This document shows, piece by piece, positions 50,811 through 62,855 of a stretch of DNA of 64,000 bases. A program made the position numbers and the translations under genes. Within the stretch, counting starts at the first letter, position 1. Each line of letters begins with the position of its first letter. The notes beneath the pieces are model-generated. The model was not told the DNA's origin, searched no databases, and saw only the letters and a list, made by a program, of their open reading frames with translations. The stretch covers positions 8,246,001 through 8,310,000 of the forward strand of contig NC_045138.2 of NCBI RefSeq assembly GCF_008831285.2, given 5' to 3'. The DNA comes from Nymphaea colorata. Lineage: Eukaryota.

Positions 50811-52273
50811 TGTATGGGGTATTCAAATCATTTACAAAAAAAAGAAAGGATATTCCTAGCTTTTTATAAAAAGTTATTTTTGGATTTTCTTTTTGCACAC
50901 GTCTTGTCATTTATGCCACAACCATGTTAGGTGCGAAAAGGATCAAAATGGTCTTAACATAAAAAGTTAAGGGGGCCGATAATGTCTTCCTCTAATTCAG
51001 TTTTGCAAAAACTAGGTTTTAAAAATATCAAGTTTTTTAGGGATTTTTAATTTTTTTTTTTTTGTGACACATCCAAAACCTGAATAACTTAAAAGAAACC
51101 AGCGTTTTCACTCGCTTATATAAAACTAGATTTTGTAAAAACCCAAATGACATCCAATCACTCCAAAAACCTGTTTTTAAAGTGTAACCCAAATACAAAA
51201 AAAAAAAAGTGATAAAAGGAAAATTTTAAAGAACAAAATGACCCTTCTGAGGCCCGCTTGGTGTGCGCCTTATGAAGCATTATAACTGAATACAGTTGTT
51301 GACTTGTAACCTCTGAAGTATTGCAAAATTTTCTTGAAGTCCTGAATTTCCCAATTAATTTTATGCGAAATTACCTCAGAAGAGCCACAATTTTTGGGAA
51401 CTTTCAGCGATTTCGAATCGTGCGGGCCCTGGGAGCCTTGCAAGTGTCAACGACTGAGGTCAGTGGTCGACCCGAACATGCACAGTGCTCTAATCTATTT
51501 TTCATTAGTCTTCACATATTTAGGGTTTGAGTTGTTTCGTGAATTTAAGCTTACATACTTCCATAAATCATTTCAAATCTTGCTCGATTTTATCAAATCC
51601 TATGATCTAATTTGTAGATCAACTTCTAAAATATGAATTGATGCATTGAAGTTAAATTCTTCTTAAGGCTTTCGAAAAACGAACGAGCTTTTTTATTATG
51701 ATTTTTTCCTTAGTTGGTTTTTGCCAAATGTATTCCCATTAAGGTTTTCTCCTAACTAGAGAAAGAACTATGGTTTCTTCAAAGGGGCCGAAATATTTTT
51801 AAATAAACTTTAAAACATTTCACAAAGACGATTTTTTTAAAATTTTTACATAGATCAATTTTTTAAAATGGTGATTGATCAAGCATGTATTTGTGAATTG
51901 TTTTATTGGCTTAAGTGGCTAGTTAAAATATCTGAATGTTAGCTAGTTATTTATAAATTTACCAAAAGCAGAATGGATATTAATAAGCTTCTCTTCTCTC
52001 TCTCTCTCTCTCTCTCTCTTTTTAACATAAGAAAGGTAAACGCCTTAAGATTACAACCAAAAAGTCCCTACGTTTAAGATATAAGGTTAAAAGGGGTTTG
52101 TCGAATGAAAATATCCCCAAAAGAAGCTGTTCAAATTTGAAAAAATTACAACTCGAGGCTTAACATTCAGGCAAATAACAATTCGCACCAAACTGTTGCA
52201 TCTTCACAAATCACTACCCAATTTTCATCAAAACTCTCAAAATATCACCTTCATCCAACACTGTTGGTGTAGG

Positions 52274-52466
52274 TAGGGCGGAGCCAGAAATTTTTTATGA
52301 GACGGCTGAATTAAAGTTTTTAATTTTTGAGTAGGGTCGAAATATCATTTTTCAAAATTTTTATATAAAACAAGTGAAATTTTTTAAAATTTACATGTAA
52401 ATTTTTCTTTTAAAAAAATTGAGATGGGGCCAGGGCCCATGCGGGCCTACCTTGGCTCTACCCCTG
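52274..52466 (+). mobile_element. hAT-like MITE, best-preserved copy of a family present several times in the window
   Basis: Ends TAGGGCGGAGCCA / TGGCTCTACCCCTG; related copies at 41655, 42622, 47663 and an inverted partial at ~52780-52867. Confidence 0.7.
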
Positions 52467-54901
52467 GTTAAACTTGTGTTACCACAATGCTTTGAGTCTT
52501 TTTGACTATTATACTCTTGCAAATTTTTTCCCCAAATAACTGCACAATCGTTTATCTCTCTCGCCAATCTGAGCAAACCAACCAGCAAGATAAGGCGGGA
52601 TACAAACACCGCCTCTGACCTAAAATCCTTCTCTCCACTATCAGCATATTACAATTAATCTTTGTCTCCACAATCTCTTGACCAACAGTGACATTCATCG
52701 ACCAGCTTCGTTTTGCCTCTGAAGTTATTAGACTAGAGCATCAATTTGGATCTCAATCTAAATCTACCGACTATAATGCTGAATTTTGAAAATTGATATT
52801 TCGGCTCGTGTCAAAATTTAGAAACTTTAATTCGGCCCCTTATAAAAAATTTCTGGTTCCACCCCTGGTGGTCAAGGATTAGGATGAGGAAGGTATCGTG
52901 GCTGAAGATAAGATTTAAGAAATTAAGACAGCTGACAATAAAGTTGATAAAGCTAAGATTAATGGAAGATTGGATAAAGATCTTGTACAGAACTGTTCCA
53001 CAAAATAAGATAAACAAATACAAAACCCAAAACATGAGGAAAAGATCATGACATGTAACTGTAATTTTAGTTTATAAAGGTACCTTTGATATTGCTGAAC
53101 TATCACTAGATTGAGAGAGCTTAGAGGTCATGGTCGTAGAGTCTCACTGATTCAAACCACATTTATTAACCATTGTTCCTTTTCTTCCTTCATACATTTG
53201 TATGGTATCAGATCATCCAGTCTATACTCTCTCAAGGTCTTTGTGGTTACGTTACAATGGCCGGAAGGGCGACTAATGGAGACAACAACAATGAGATAAA
53301 CAACACATGGAATCATGGTGATAAAAACATTCATAGTACATCTATATATAATTCCTTTCCCATTTCATCAACACTCACAAATTCTGGTTGTTAAATTAGA
53401 TACAAAAATTTTCTTCTCTGGGAGTCACAATTTATGCCTTTGTTAAAACTTACGATCTCATGGGTTGTACTGATGGTTCTAATGCCTATCCAATTGAATA
53501 TCTTATACCTAGAGACAATACTAAAGTTAAGGATCCGGTATAATGATAATTGGCATTGAGTGGACCAACTTCTATTGAGTTGGATCATGTCTTCTCTTGC
53601 TGATAATGTACACTGTCAGGTGGTCAGATTAATTCCTCATTTGTTGTTTGGACAACATTGAAAAGATGTATGTTTATGTCTCCCAAGCTAGGGCTAAGAT
53701 ACAACAAATGAAAGAACAACTTCAAAAATCTTAAGAAGGGAACCAAGTCCATAAATGAATATTTGCGTAGGGCTACGAATATTGCACACCATCTGCCTTA
53801 GTGACAAAGCCGGTTGCTAAAGAAGATTTGATTTCGTATATAGCTGCTGGTTTGCCTAATACCGAGTATACATCTTCACGAAATGCATTAAATGTTCATG
53901 TGTATCCAATTAGTCTTGAGGATCTACTTGAAATGCTTTTGTTGCATGAAATGAAAATTCAAGAAGTTGAAGCTGACATTAACCAAGCATCCAACTCTAT
54001 GGCAAACCTAATGTTTAAACCACAATAGTACAATCAATGGAAGCGATTCAACAATAATAGGAATATGAACAATAGTGAAGGAAATCATAACATGGGCAAT
54101 TAGAAGTAATAGTTCTAATGGTTCTCTTACTTGTTTTGCTCGTGGAAATAACAGACATAAGGTAGCAAATTGTAGGACTGTTTGTCAAGCATGCAGGGAC
54201 TGTTTGTTAAGCATGCAAAGGCCTATGGGTTTCAAATGGGACATGGCGCTTTCAAATGCAAGGCCTATTGGTTTTAGAAAGAAGAACAGGTTGGACCTAA
54301 AGTTCATACTTCCATGGTAATGTGGACAACTGAGAGTGTGAGGTAGTACCCTGACTGAGGAGCCACATAACATTGTACAACATATTTCAACAATTATCAT
54401 CATTACAGACATTGCCATGGTGAGAAACTCAAAGTTGGAAATGGTGTAGGACTAGAAATAAAAAATGTTGATAATATTATTTTTCCCTTCCAACACTTTA
54501 GATTCTTTTATGAAGGATATATTACATGTTCAATATATCACAAAAAACTCACTTTTGATTCATCAATTCACTAATGACAACAATGTTCTCTTTGAATTTC
54601 ACAAGGATATCAAGACCAATTGGCTACTTCTAACTGGCAAGATGATCAAGGTCTCTATAAATTAGACTTGGGATAGATCAAACATCATAAAACTGAAGCA
54701 CTCATTGGAGAGTGAACCACACTTCATCAGTGGCATCATCACCTCGGGCATCCTTCTCTTAGAATAGCTAGACATGTCATTAATAAACATTGATTGCATG
54801 CCTTCCATGAAAAGGCTTTTTTAAGTTTGTAAATCTTGTTAGATGGGAAAAAGTTGTGAACTTCCCTTCTCATCTATGTCAAGTAATTGGGTGAACCATT
54901 A

Positions 54902-57324
54902 GGGCCCGTTTTATTGTCGGGTGAAATTTAACGTGGTAAATTATCATGGTAAATTTTTCTGGAAAAATTTACGGGATGAATTTTCTCCCTCTTCCAATCT
55001 GAGGCCCTGTTTGATGCACAGAAAAAATTTAATATAGTAAATTTAACCATGTTTGATGCATAGAAAGAATTTAACATGGTAAATGTTGTTTTTTTTTCTT
55101 CTCGTCCGCAATGATTTTACTGCAACCACTAAGGCAGCTGCAGAGCTCCATTTGATCCAACCCAGCGAAGATTCTTAATCCATAAAATAGGATTTCATTT
55201 CCTTGTCTTCACATCGAAGCGAGCATGCAAAGATTTATGTAGCAGGAACACGAGGCTGATGTAAATTAGGATTTCATTTCCTTGTCTTCACATCGAAGAG
55301 AGGGCTGATTTTGTAAAGTTGATTGTATTTTTAATTGTCAATTTGTCATAGTTGGAGAACAAATAGGAATTGCGTTTTATTTAACCTAAAACCACAAAAT
55401 TTTCATAACAGTGTCACCAAGACACTGAAAAGAACCTCCTTTTCTGGATATGTCATCAAATTTCAAAATAAGCAGACATGAAAATGCAGTACAAACTGTA
55501 ACATTTTCATACATGCTCTGCCTATGCCATAACAGGCATGTCCTTGAGCCATGGATCCAGCTGCTTGCCAATTGAGTAAACTATGAAACCAATGTTCCTC
55601 AGGTGCTCAGTGTCAACAACATTTCGGCCATCAAACACAAATGCAAGCTTCTGCATGTTATCATAGATCCTTTGGTAATCTAGGTTCTTGAACTCATCCC
55701 ACTCAGTTAAGATGCAGATGGCATGTGCATCCTTTGTTGCTTCATATGCATCCCACACAACACTCACCTGCTTGACGGCAGTGGGGCTTCTTGGCTGCAG
55801 ATGAATTGGATGGTCCCAGTCAAATTTCTTCATGGAAAGGTCCCTTTGGATCTGATCCTCAGTCACTTGAGGATCATAGATGCTGACGTTTGCCTTGTCA
55901 CCAAGAAGGCCACTGCAGAGGTGTCTCCCTGGTGTTTCCTGTGTTTTTCTTGAATGCAAAGCCGAGGACCGCAATTTTTTTACCAGCAACAGTGTTGAAC
56001 ATGGACGAAACTACCCGGTTAACGAACCGGCTCTTCTGGTATTCATTGATCTTGATGACCTGCTTCCAATAATTAGCAACCTCAGGCAAGCCGTTGCACT
56101 GACAGATGTATACCAGGTTCAGGATGTCCTTCTTGAAGCATGATCCACCAAACCCAACACTAGCATTCAAGAACTTCGGACCAATTCTTGAATCCTTCCC
56201 CACAGCATGGGAAACTTCTGTAATATCTGCTCCTGTGGCTTCACAAAGTGCAGACATTACATTCGTAGAGGAGATCCTCTGTGCCAAGAAGGGAAAAAAC
56301 GAATTAGCCTGGGTCGAAATGCATTCAACTTGACTCTCGTTTTTCAGCTCCAAATCTGTGAAAGACGTCGTGAGAACACTAGATCTGGCTACATATTATG
56401 AAACTAGTTGATGAATCAGTCAAAATCTTCAGATCTCCCAACATGGTTGCCAGGAAAATCTCATAGCAACACCAAAAAGACTATATAAAAGAACAACCAG
56501 ATGGTAAAATCAGCAAATTTCTAAAAAAAATATGCACGCTTAAGGAAAAAAACAGGACATCAAAGAATCGCAGGGATTCAACAAAGAACCTGTAATAGAT
56601 AATTTTCATATTGTTCTACAAATTCTCAGCGTTGAAGATAGGCACTTCATGTTACCATTCTTCAATTTCTTCTCGGAAGCACCCAATTCATCTCCAATCG
56701 CCATATTTCTTCCAAACTAAAAACTGAAACGTAATAAAAGAAAAGGCACTTGAGTAAGACAGGAAAGAAGAAGAAAACCATGAAACTTCGGATACCAAAA
56801 TAATTAAGTTACTGAATTACACAAAATTCCTGCTAATTGATCCAGAAAACGAAGATCCCCAAAAACAAAAACTCATCACCATCAGCGTCTGTCCAAAACG
56901 AAGCAGATTCTCGGGAAGTTTCCGAGTTGGACTGAACATCCATTAACTACTCAAGAGTCTTGACACTCACATCTCCAAGAGAGAAGACGAACCCATGAAT
57001 TGATCCATTGACAAAACCAGTCAGTGTGAAAAAGGAACCCGAGGGGAGCGGCGAGGGTTGAGCAGCGACGGTGAGAGCGGCGACGGCGGAGCGGCGACGA
57101 TGAGCAGGCACCTATTCTCCAATGCGAGGGAGCTCGTCGATTGCAGAGGAAGACGCATGGGTGAATGCCTTCGAAAGGAAAATATCTTTCACCCGCTCAC
57201 TTTATCGTAAACGGGGTGAAATTTCACGCCGTTTGATGGTTTTTCTGTCGGGCGGGTGAAATTTCACCCGCCCGTATGTATTTCAACCGCTCCACCTATT
57301 TTTTCTGGGCAATCAAACGGGCCC
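54902..57324 (-). mobile_element. Non-autonomous PIF/Harbinger element carrying captured gene sequence (pack element 2, 2423 bp), same family as 48035-49482, opposite orientation
   Basis: TIRs GGGCCCGTTTTAT / ATCAAACGGGCCC; TSD TTA at 54899-54901 and 57325-57327; first ~180 bp are the reverse complement homolog of 49300-49482 and last ~150 bp match 48035-48135. Confidence 0.94.
55522..56290 (-). pseudogene. UGD: Captured 3' half of UDP-glucose 6-dehydrogenase, frameshifted
   Basis: [85 protein letters not shown]-stop; N-terminal NAD-binding domain absent; frameshift after RETP (~55919). Confidence 0.93.
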
Positions 57325-58805
57325 TTAGATTTATGTTTTTATGAGGTGTGGAAGGTACCCCAATTTCATTGTTGCATGGATATTATTATTACGTTTGTTT
57401 TATTGATGGATGTTTTTGTTTTACATGGATATTTGTTATTACATTTAAGTTTGAAGTGCTATCGAGGCAGGCAAGAGAATGAGGCAAGTCAAGCGACATG
57501 GGAAATCACTTCTAGAAAGACAACCTCCAAAGCCCAAAGATAAAACAATGAAGATGGAAGAGGTACAAAGGCCTTCAAAAGCTTAAGAATCCAACCTCCC
57601 AATTCATGGCAGTTCCGTTTCTCAGTTCGAAAAGTGTATTGTTGGCACCAGCTTGGAGCACTAAGCAGCTCTTGATTCAAGGGTTCGGCTATAGCCGAAT
57701 GTGAGGGAAAGATCATTTATACCGATGCTGAAAAGATCATTTTATCAGGTAATAGGTAAGTTAACGCATTACAAAGTGAGTGGGGAGGGGAATACATGTT
57801 AGTCTCTCAATATCATGATATCCTTAATTTACAGCATCACAATGCTCATTAATTTTAGTTTATAAGTTGAAAGTGCTTATTTTTGGGTTATAATAATCAG
57901 CATAAGGGTCATTTATCTCTCAACCAAGGTCGAATAGGTTATCTATATATCACAATGTTGTATTTGATGAACATGTTTTTCCCTTTTAAGGAAAGTAGTC
58001 TAAAACTAATCTCAGAACAATACACCATCACCGGTTTCTGTTCCTTTTCCTACATCACCAACATTTGAACCCCTTCTGTCCACCACATTGTCCCTTCTCT
58101 ATTTAACCCTAAAACACAATTACTACCAACTGCTACATTTGATGAATAATTAATCATGAAGCTGTGACACCTTCCTCTGCCCTTGAACCCAAGCCAATTC
58201 TTTTTGTCCCACCTATGTGAAATCAGGCTATGACCACTCATGTCTTGATTGGATCTCATAAAGCTAAGCCTTGCCACACCTAATGACATTCTCCCTCCAC
58301 AGTCTTACTGAATTATTTAGCAACAAAAAACTAATGTCCTTAGCTCAAGACTCCAAATTCTCGTCATGGAATCAAACTATGGAGGCTGAGTACTGAGCCT
58401 TAATAAGAAATCACATTTGGACTTTTGTTTCCCCTGCCTCTCATTACAATGTTATTGATAAAAAAATGAGTTTATAAAATTAAACAAGCTAATGGGACTA
58501 ATGAGAGATACAAGTTTCGTTGGGTTTTATTGGTTCTAAAGTTTGACACGTCTTTGTTTTTGTGGATTACAAATACTCACACTATTTACTTTTTCATATA
58601 TGTATATGATATTTTAATTTTTGAAAGCTCTTCCTCTGTTATTGATTCTTGCATTCGGTAAATAAGTGCATAGTTTGTTATTAAAGACCTTGGGTCTTTT
58701 TCTCACACAACACAAATACATGCTTGATCATCTCACATAGTTTGGTCATTAGGACGTCAAAGGTGTTGATATGCCTCTTTCTCATGGAGTGGCTCTATCT
58801 TGTTA

Positions 58806-61800
58806 TAGGGTGTTCAACAAGCAAGTCAAGCTCAAGCTTGTCCAGCTCGAGCTTGAGTTGAGTCACAACTTGCTTGACTCGAGTACTTTATGTGCTGGTT
58901 CAAGCTTGATCTTGACTCATATAAGCTTGTCTCCCCAGTCATTTTCAAATAGATTATAGATAGCTTATTAAGTGTTAACTGTTAACCAGGCTTTTAAGGG
59001 GCAGTAGCTACAATGGCACAATCATGTGAACTGCATATTAAGCGAAGGAAAAGTATATACAGTGTGCATACACAAAAGCTGCTTAATATGTCTCAAGATA
59101 TACCTCAAATTCCATTAGTTTTTCAAAACAAGGTAGAACATAGTACCATTAGTTGCAATGACAAATTTGTTTTACATGAAATAAACCATGTTATGTCTTG
59201 CTTTTCTTAATGGAAAGAAAATTCTATCTTCTATTGGAACTCTTAGATGCCACAATTGTGTTCTTTTTAACCAACCATGTATCCATCATAATCACACTCT
59301 CATGTGCCCATCAATTTGATAAGGGAAGTCTCAATTCAGAACTTAACGTGCTACCTACCAACAACAACCATTAGAGGAGCAATTCAGAACTTCGCACACT
59401 ACCTGTAATGCTATAAGCTACTTCAACATAATTAACAAGCATATACTTTCTGCAAGTTTCAAGTTTATTATATGAAACATCAAAGTGTCTAAACAAATGT
59501 TAGATCACAACAATCTCTCATTCAGCTATTCATATCTTTTGGTCAAGCAGATCTAGTGAATGTTATCACATATTAAATAGCAAATGATGTATATACAATG
59601 ATGAGTGCTCCCAGAGATTTGGAAAAAAGTCTGATCACACTTGTATATTTCAAAAATTACAACTAGAGACATGTATAGGTGCTGTAGTTTAAGAACCCTG
59701 TACAACTTGTATATTTCTTGTGGCATAATGCTTCACACACACTCTGTACAAAATGAAGGTGCTGTTATTTATGAAGCTTGTGCAGTAAATGTACGTGGAG
59801 TTAGACGTTGAACATAGAACCTTCAATAGTCTCTCTCTCTTCTATATCATTTCAAGTACAATGTCAACCTTTTACATGGTAGCAATTCTTATGCACATGC
59901 ATACAACAACTACTTATGTAACTCCAACAATAGCTTCACATGCACTTTCAGAGTCCCATAGTTTGATGATTTTATTTTAAATATTATATAATGTAATATG
60001 AAATACATACTAACCAGACCCATTGTAGAAAAAATCTCAACTCATTGATTTCCCACCAATCTCTATAGTCAAACCAGCAACCTGTAAATAAGATAAAAAA
60101 TCTTTTCTATGCTTAAAAAATCATCTTCATTTGTATCTGCATCTAAACAAATGAGATTCAATAAAAAATTTGAAGTAAACTCACGGCAGCAAGATAAAAA
60201 GATAACATGATACAAAACTATCAAGTAAAATGCACATTTTGCATCTTCACTACCAAATGAGATCAATGAACGAAGAACTTACGTAATAGAATTGAACTTG
60301 AACTATTTCAAAGAAATAAATCCAGTTGTGTCTTCATTAGCATCCTAAAAGCAAGTCAATAATAGTTTATTAATAAGGAAATATAATAATACAATATATA
60401 AAGACAAATTAACATCATAAACTTGGTTAATGATAGACTTACCATTAGCAAGACAAAGTTCATAGAACAGGGCCACTATAGTGTTTTATCCAATCATCTA
60501 CACAAGCTAAAGCTTCCACTATCATGGATGCCAATGCACTATGACTGTTATCCAGAATTCGACCTTCAGTATTAGACGCTGATTTAGAAGCAACTATAGT
60601 AATATGAATAGACAATATGTCACGTGCCATCTATGCTAAGATGGGGTATTTGGTTTTTTTTTTTATCTTTCCATCAATTCAAAATATCAAGTGAATCTGA
60701 AGTATCAACATTGTTTTTTATCAACCCATTTTTTAAATACATGTCAAGATCAGACTTATGAACTTGAAAAGGAACATTATCTGCCTTATTTAAAAAAGTA
60801 AAGAGGTCTACAATGCAACTAGTATATGTGCCAAGATTAGAGTTACTATAGGAGACATTACCAAAGTCAGAAATATTGACATCGTCATCCATACTTGTAC
60901 CAAACCTTCACTTTCGCAACATAACTATCACAAGATCTTGCAAAGTACTTCTCACAAATGTTATTCGTCTTTTTTTTTTCGGTTCTAAATCTTTGAAAAA
61001 CAAACTCTGATAATGTAACTTTGTCCTTGGGTCAAATATAGATGCAATGCCCATTAATAAATTACAGGTGCTCCAATATTTGCCAAACCTCTCTTTTATT
61101 TTGGTGGTCATTATCTTCAAAAATCCATAATCATTGTCAACTTTGTCTTGCAATATTTCTTAGACCTTTCAAAATCTCAAGAAAAAACAGTTTTGTAGTT
61201 GGATAATCGGATCTTGAAAAACCACATGAATATTATGAAATACTTCAAGAAAGACACTTTTTTTTTTGCTTTCTCCTACTCATATGGTTCCAACAACCAT
61301 CTAAAATCTTGATCTTCCAATCTACAACTAGCAAAAGCATTCTTATATAGAAGTGCTATCTCTAACATCAAGAAAGAAAAATTCAACCAAGTTGCAACAT
61401 TTAGTATCAATTTTTCTTTAGTAGAAATTTATAATTCTTTTGTTGCAGCTCCATATAGATGGAGTGTTGATGGTGAGCATTGAGATATTTGACTGCTTAT
61501 CTTCTTACTGGTTTCATCTTAAATAGCATGTAAACCATCAAATTAATTCAGAAAATGTGTACAATAATGCACATGAAAGAACTTGCCCCTTGATATGAAC
61601 TCGTGTCACTTTTTTTCATATGTTATTTTAATGTTCTCAAAAGAACATCATTTGAATAAGCACTGCCAATTGTAATTGATATAATCTTCTTATTTTTCAA
61701 TCTAAAAAACTTTTAACAATTACATTTGTCAAAACTTTACCGTTGTGAGGTGGTTCTACTTCACCAAAACTGTTGTACGTTTTTGAAGTGCCCATGCATG

Positions 61801-62800
61801 ATCAATGAAGTGAGGTCATAGATATATATCAAACTTGTTGATTTAATGTCCACATATTTATCATCAATTTAATAGATACAATAATTCAAAAATTCTCTTT
61901 TGACTTTTTTTTTTCCTATGTCATATAATTTCATAACATCTCTACTCATTGTTACTCTTGAAATGGGTGTCTAATTTGGAAAATCAAGATGAGTCAAAAA
62001 CTTAAACCACCCATGTTTAACCATATTAAATGTATACTTGTGACATACTATCATCTTTGCCAAAATTTTTCTTATTTTCTCTATTTTTAGGTTAGCACCT
62101 TTAACCATCAAATAGTTTGGTAGCCCTGAAGATTCACTAATGCCAAAACTCACGTTTGTTTTTTCATATTGTAGCGTACAACTACAATACACGTATGTCT
62201 TCTCATTGACAATGTGCTTCCCCCGACACCTATTACAAAAGTTAGTTTGCAATATTTACATGTGCCCTTCTTCACACCAGCCACAATTATTTCTTCAAAA
62301 AATCCAAACTGATGAAGTTTTTTGTTCTTTGACTGTTTGCATTGTGCATACTGTCTTCAATTTTACCATTGGAAACATCCTCATTTTCAGGTGATGCAAT
62401 ATAAGTTGGATCTATGCTATCACTCACCATATATTGTTGTGTTGAATATTTCAATACAATAAGTCAGTTCAATGAACTTGTGCTTGAATCATATAGTGAC
62501 TGTTTTCATCTGTTTTGCATTTTCTCTTGACGTTAACATTATTCTACTTCACAAAAACAAAAGTAAATACTAAAGATAAATGTTAACATCAATAAACATA
62601 TATGCTAATATCACTAAAGGTTCACATTCAGTTGTTCGAATTGAATCCATAAGATGCAAAGTCCAACATTTACTAAGAAAAACGAGTGGTGGAACATTGT
62701 GATGAAGGACTACAATCAAGTCTCTGCATCCTATATGAAGTTTGAGGCATTTAAAATGGTAGGTAGCCTAAGTGATCAACCAAGCTTAGCAGCCTAGGTG
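58806..62800 (-). mobile_element. hAT (Ac/SLEEPER-like) element with a degenerate transposase (~60480-62400, minus)
   Basis: End TAGGGTGTTCAA with GCTCGAG repeats; minus-strand KYPILA*MARDILSI..VASKSA..GRILD..S.L...VEAL (dimerisation domain), FGKYWS..LLMGIASIFDPRTKL, LAKMIVCHKYTFNMVKH. Other end not seen. Confidence 0.85.
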
Positions 62801-62803
62801 AGT

Positions 62804-62806
<3 letters not shown>

Positions 62807-62850
<44 letters not shown>
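62807..62850. repeat. (TA)n microsatellite
   Basis: Pure dinucleotide run directly before the putative LTR. Confidence 0.95.

Positions 62851-62851
<1 letters not shown>

Positions 62852-62855
<4 letters not shown>

Larger units (their letters stand above)
52990..58805 (+). mobile_element. Degenerate Ty1/copia relic, split by pack element 2 and truncated by a hAT element
   Basis: PBS-like TGGTATCAGATC at 53203; gag remnants (VKLD..., DQLLLSWIMSSL); integrase WHHHLGHPS (~54730); GEPL|DLCFYEVW rejoined across 54902-57324; RT remnant WNQTMEAEY*ALIRNHIWTFV (~58370). Left boundary uncertain. Confidence 0.8.

Noticed and set aside
55522..56353. Functional UGD gene
   Set aside because: No N-terminal domain, internal frameshift, and enclosed by TIRs and a TSD inside a copia.
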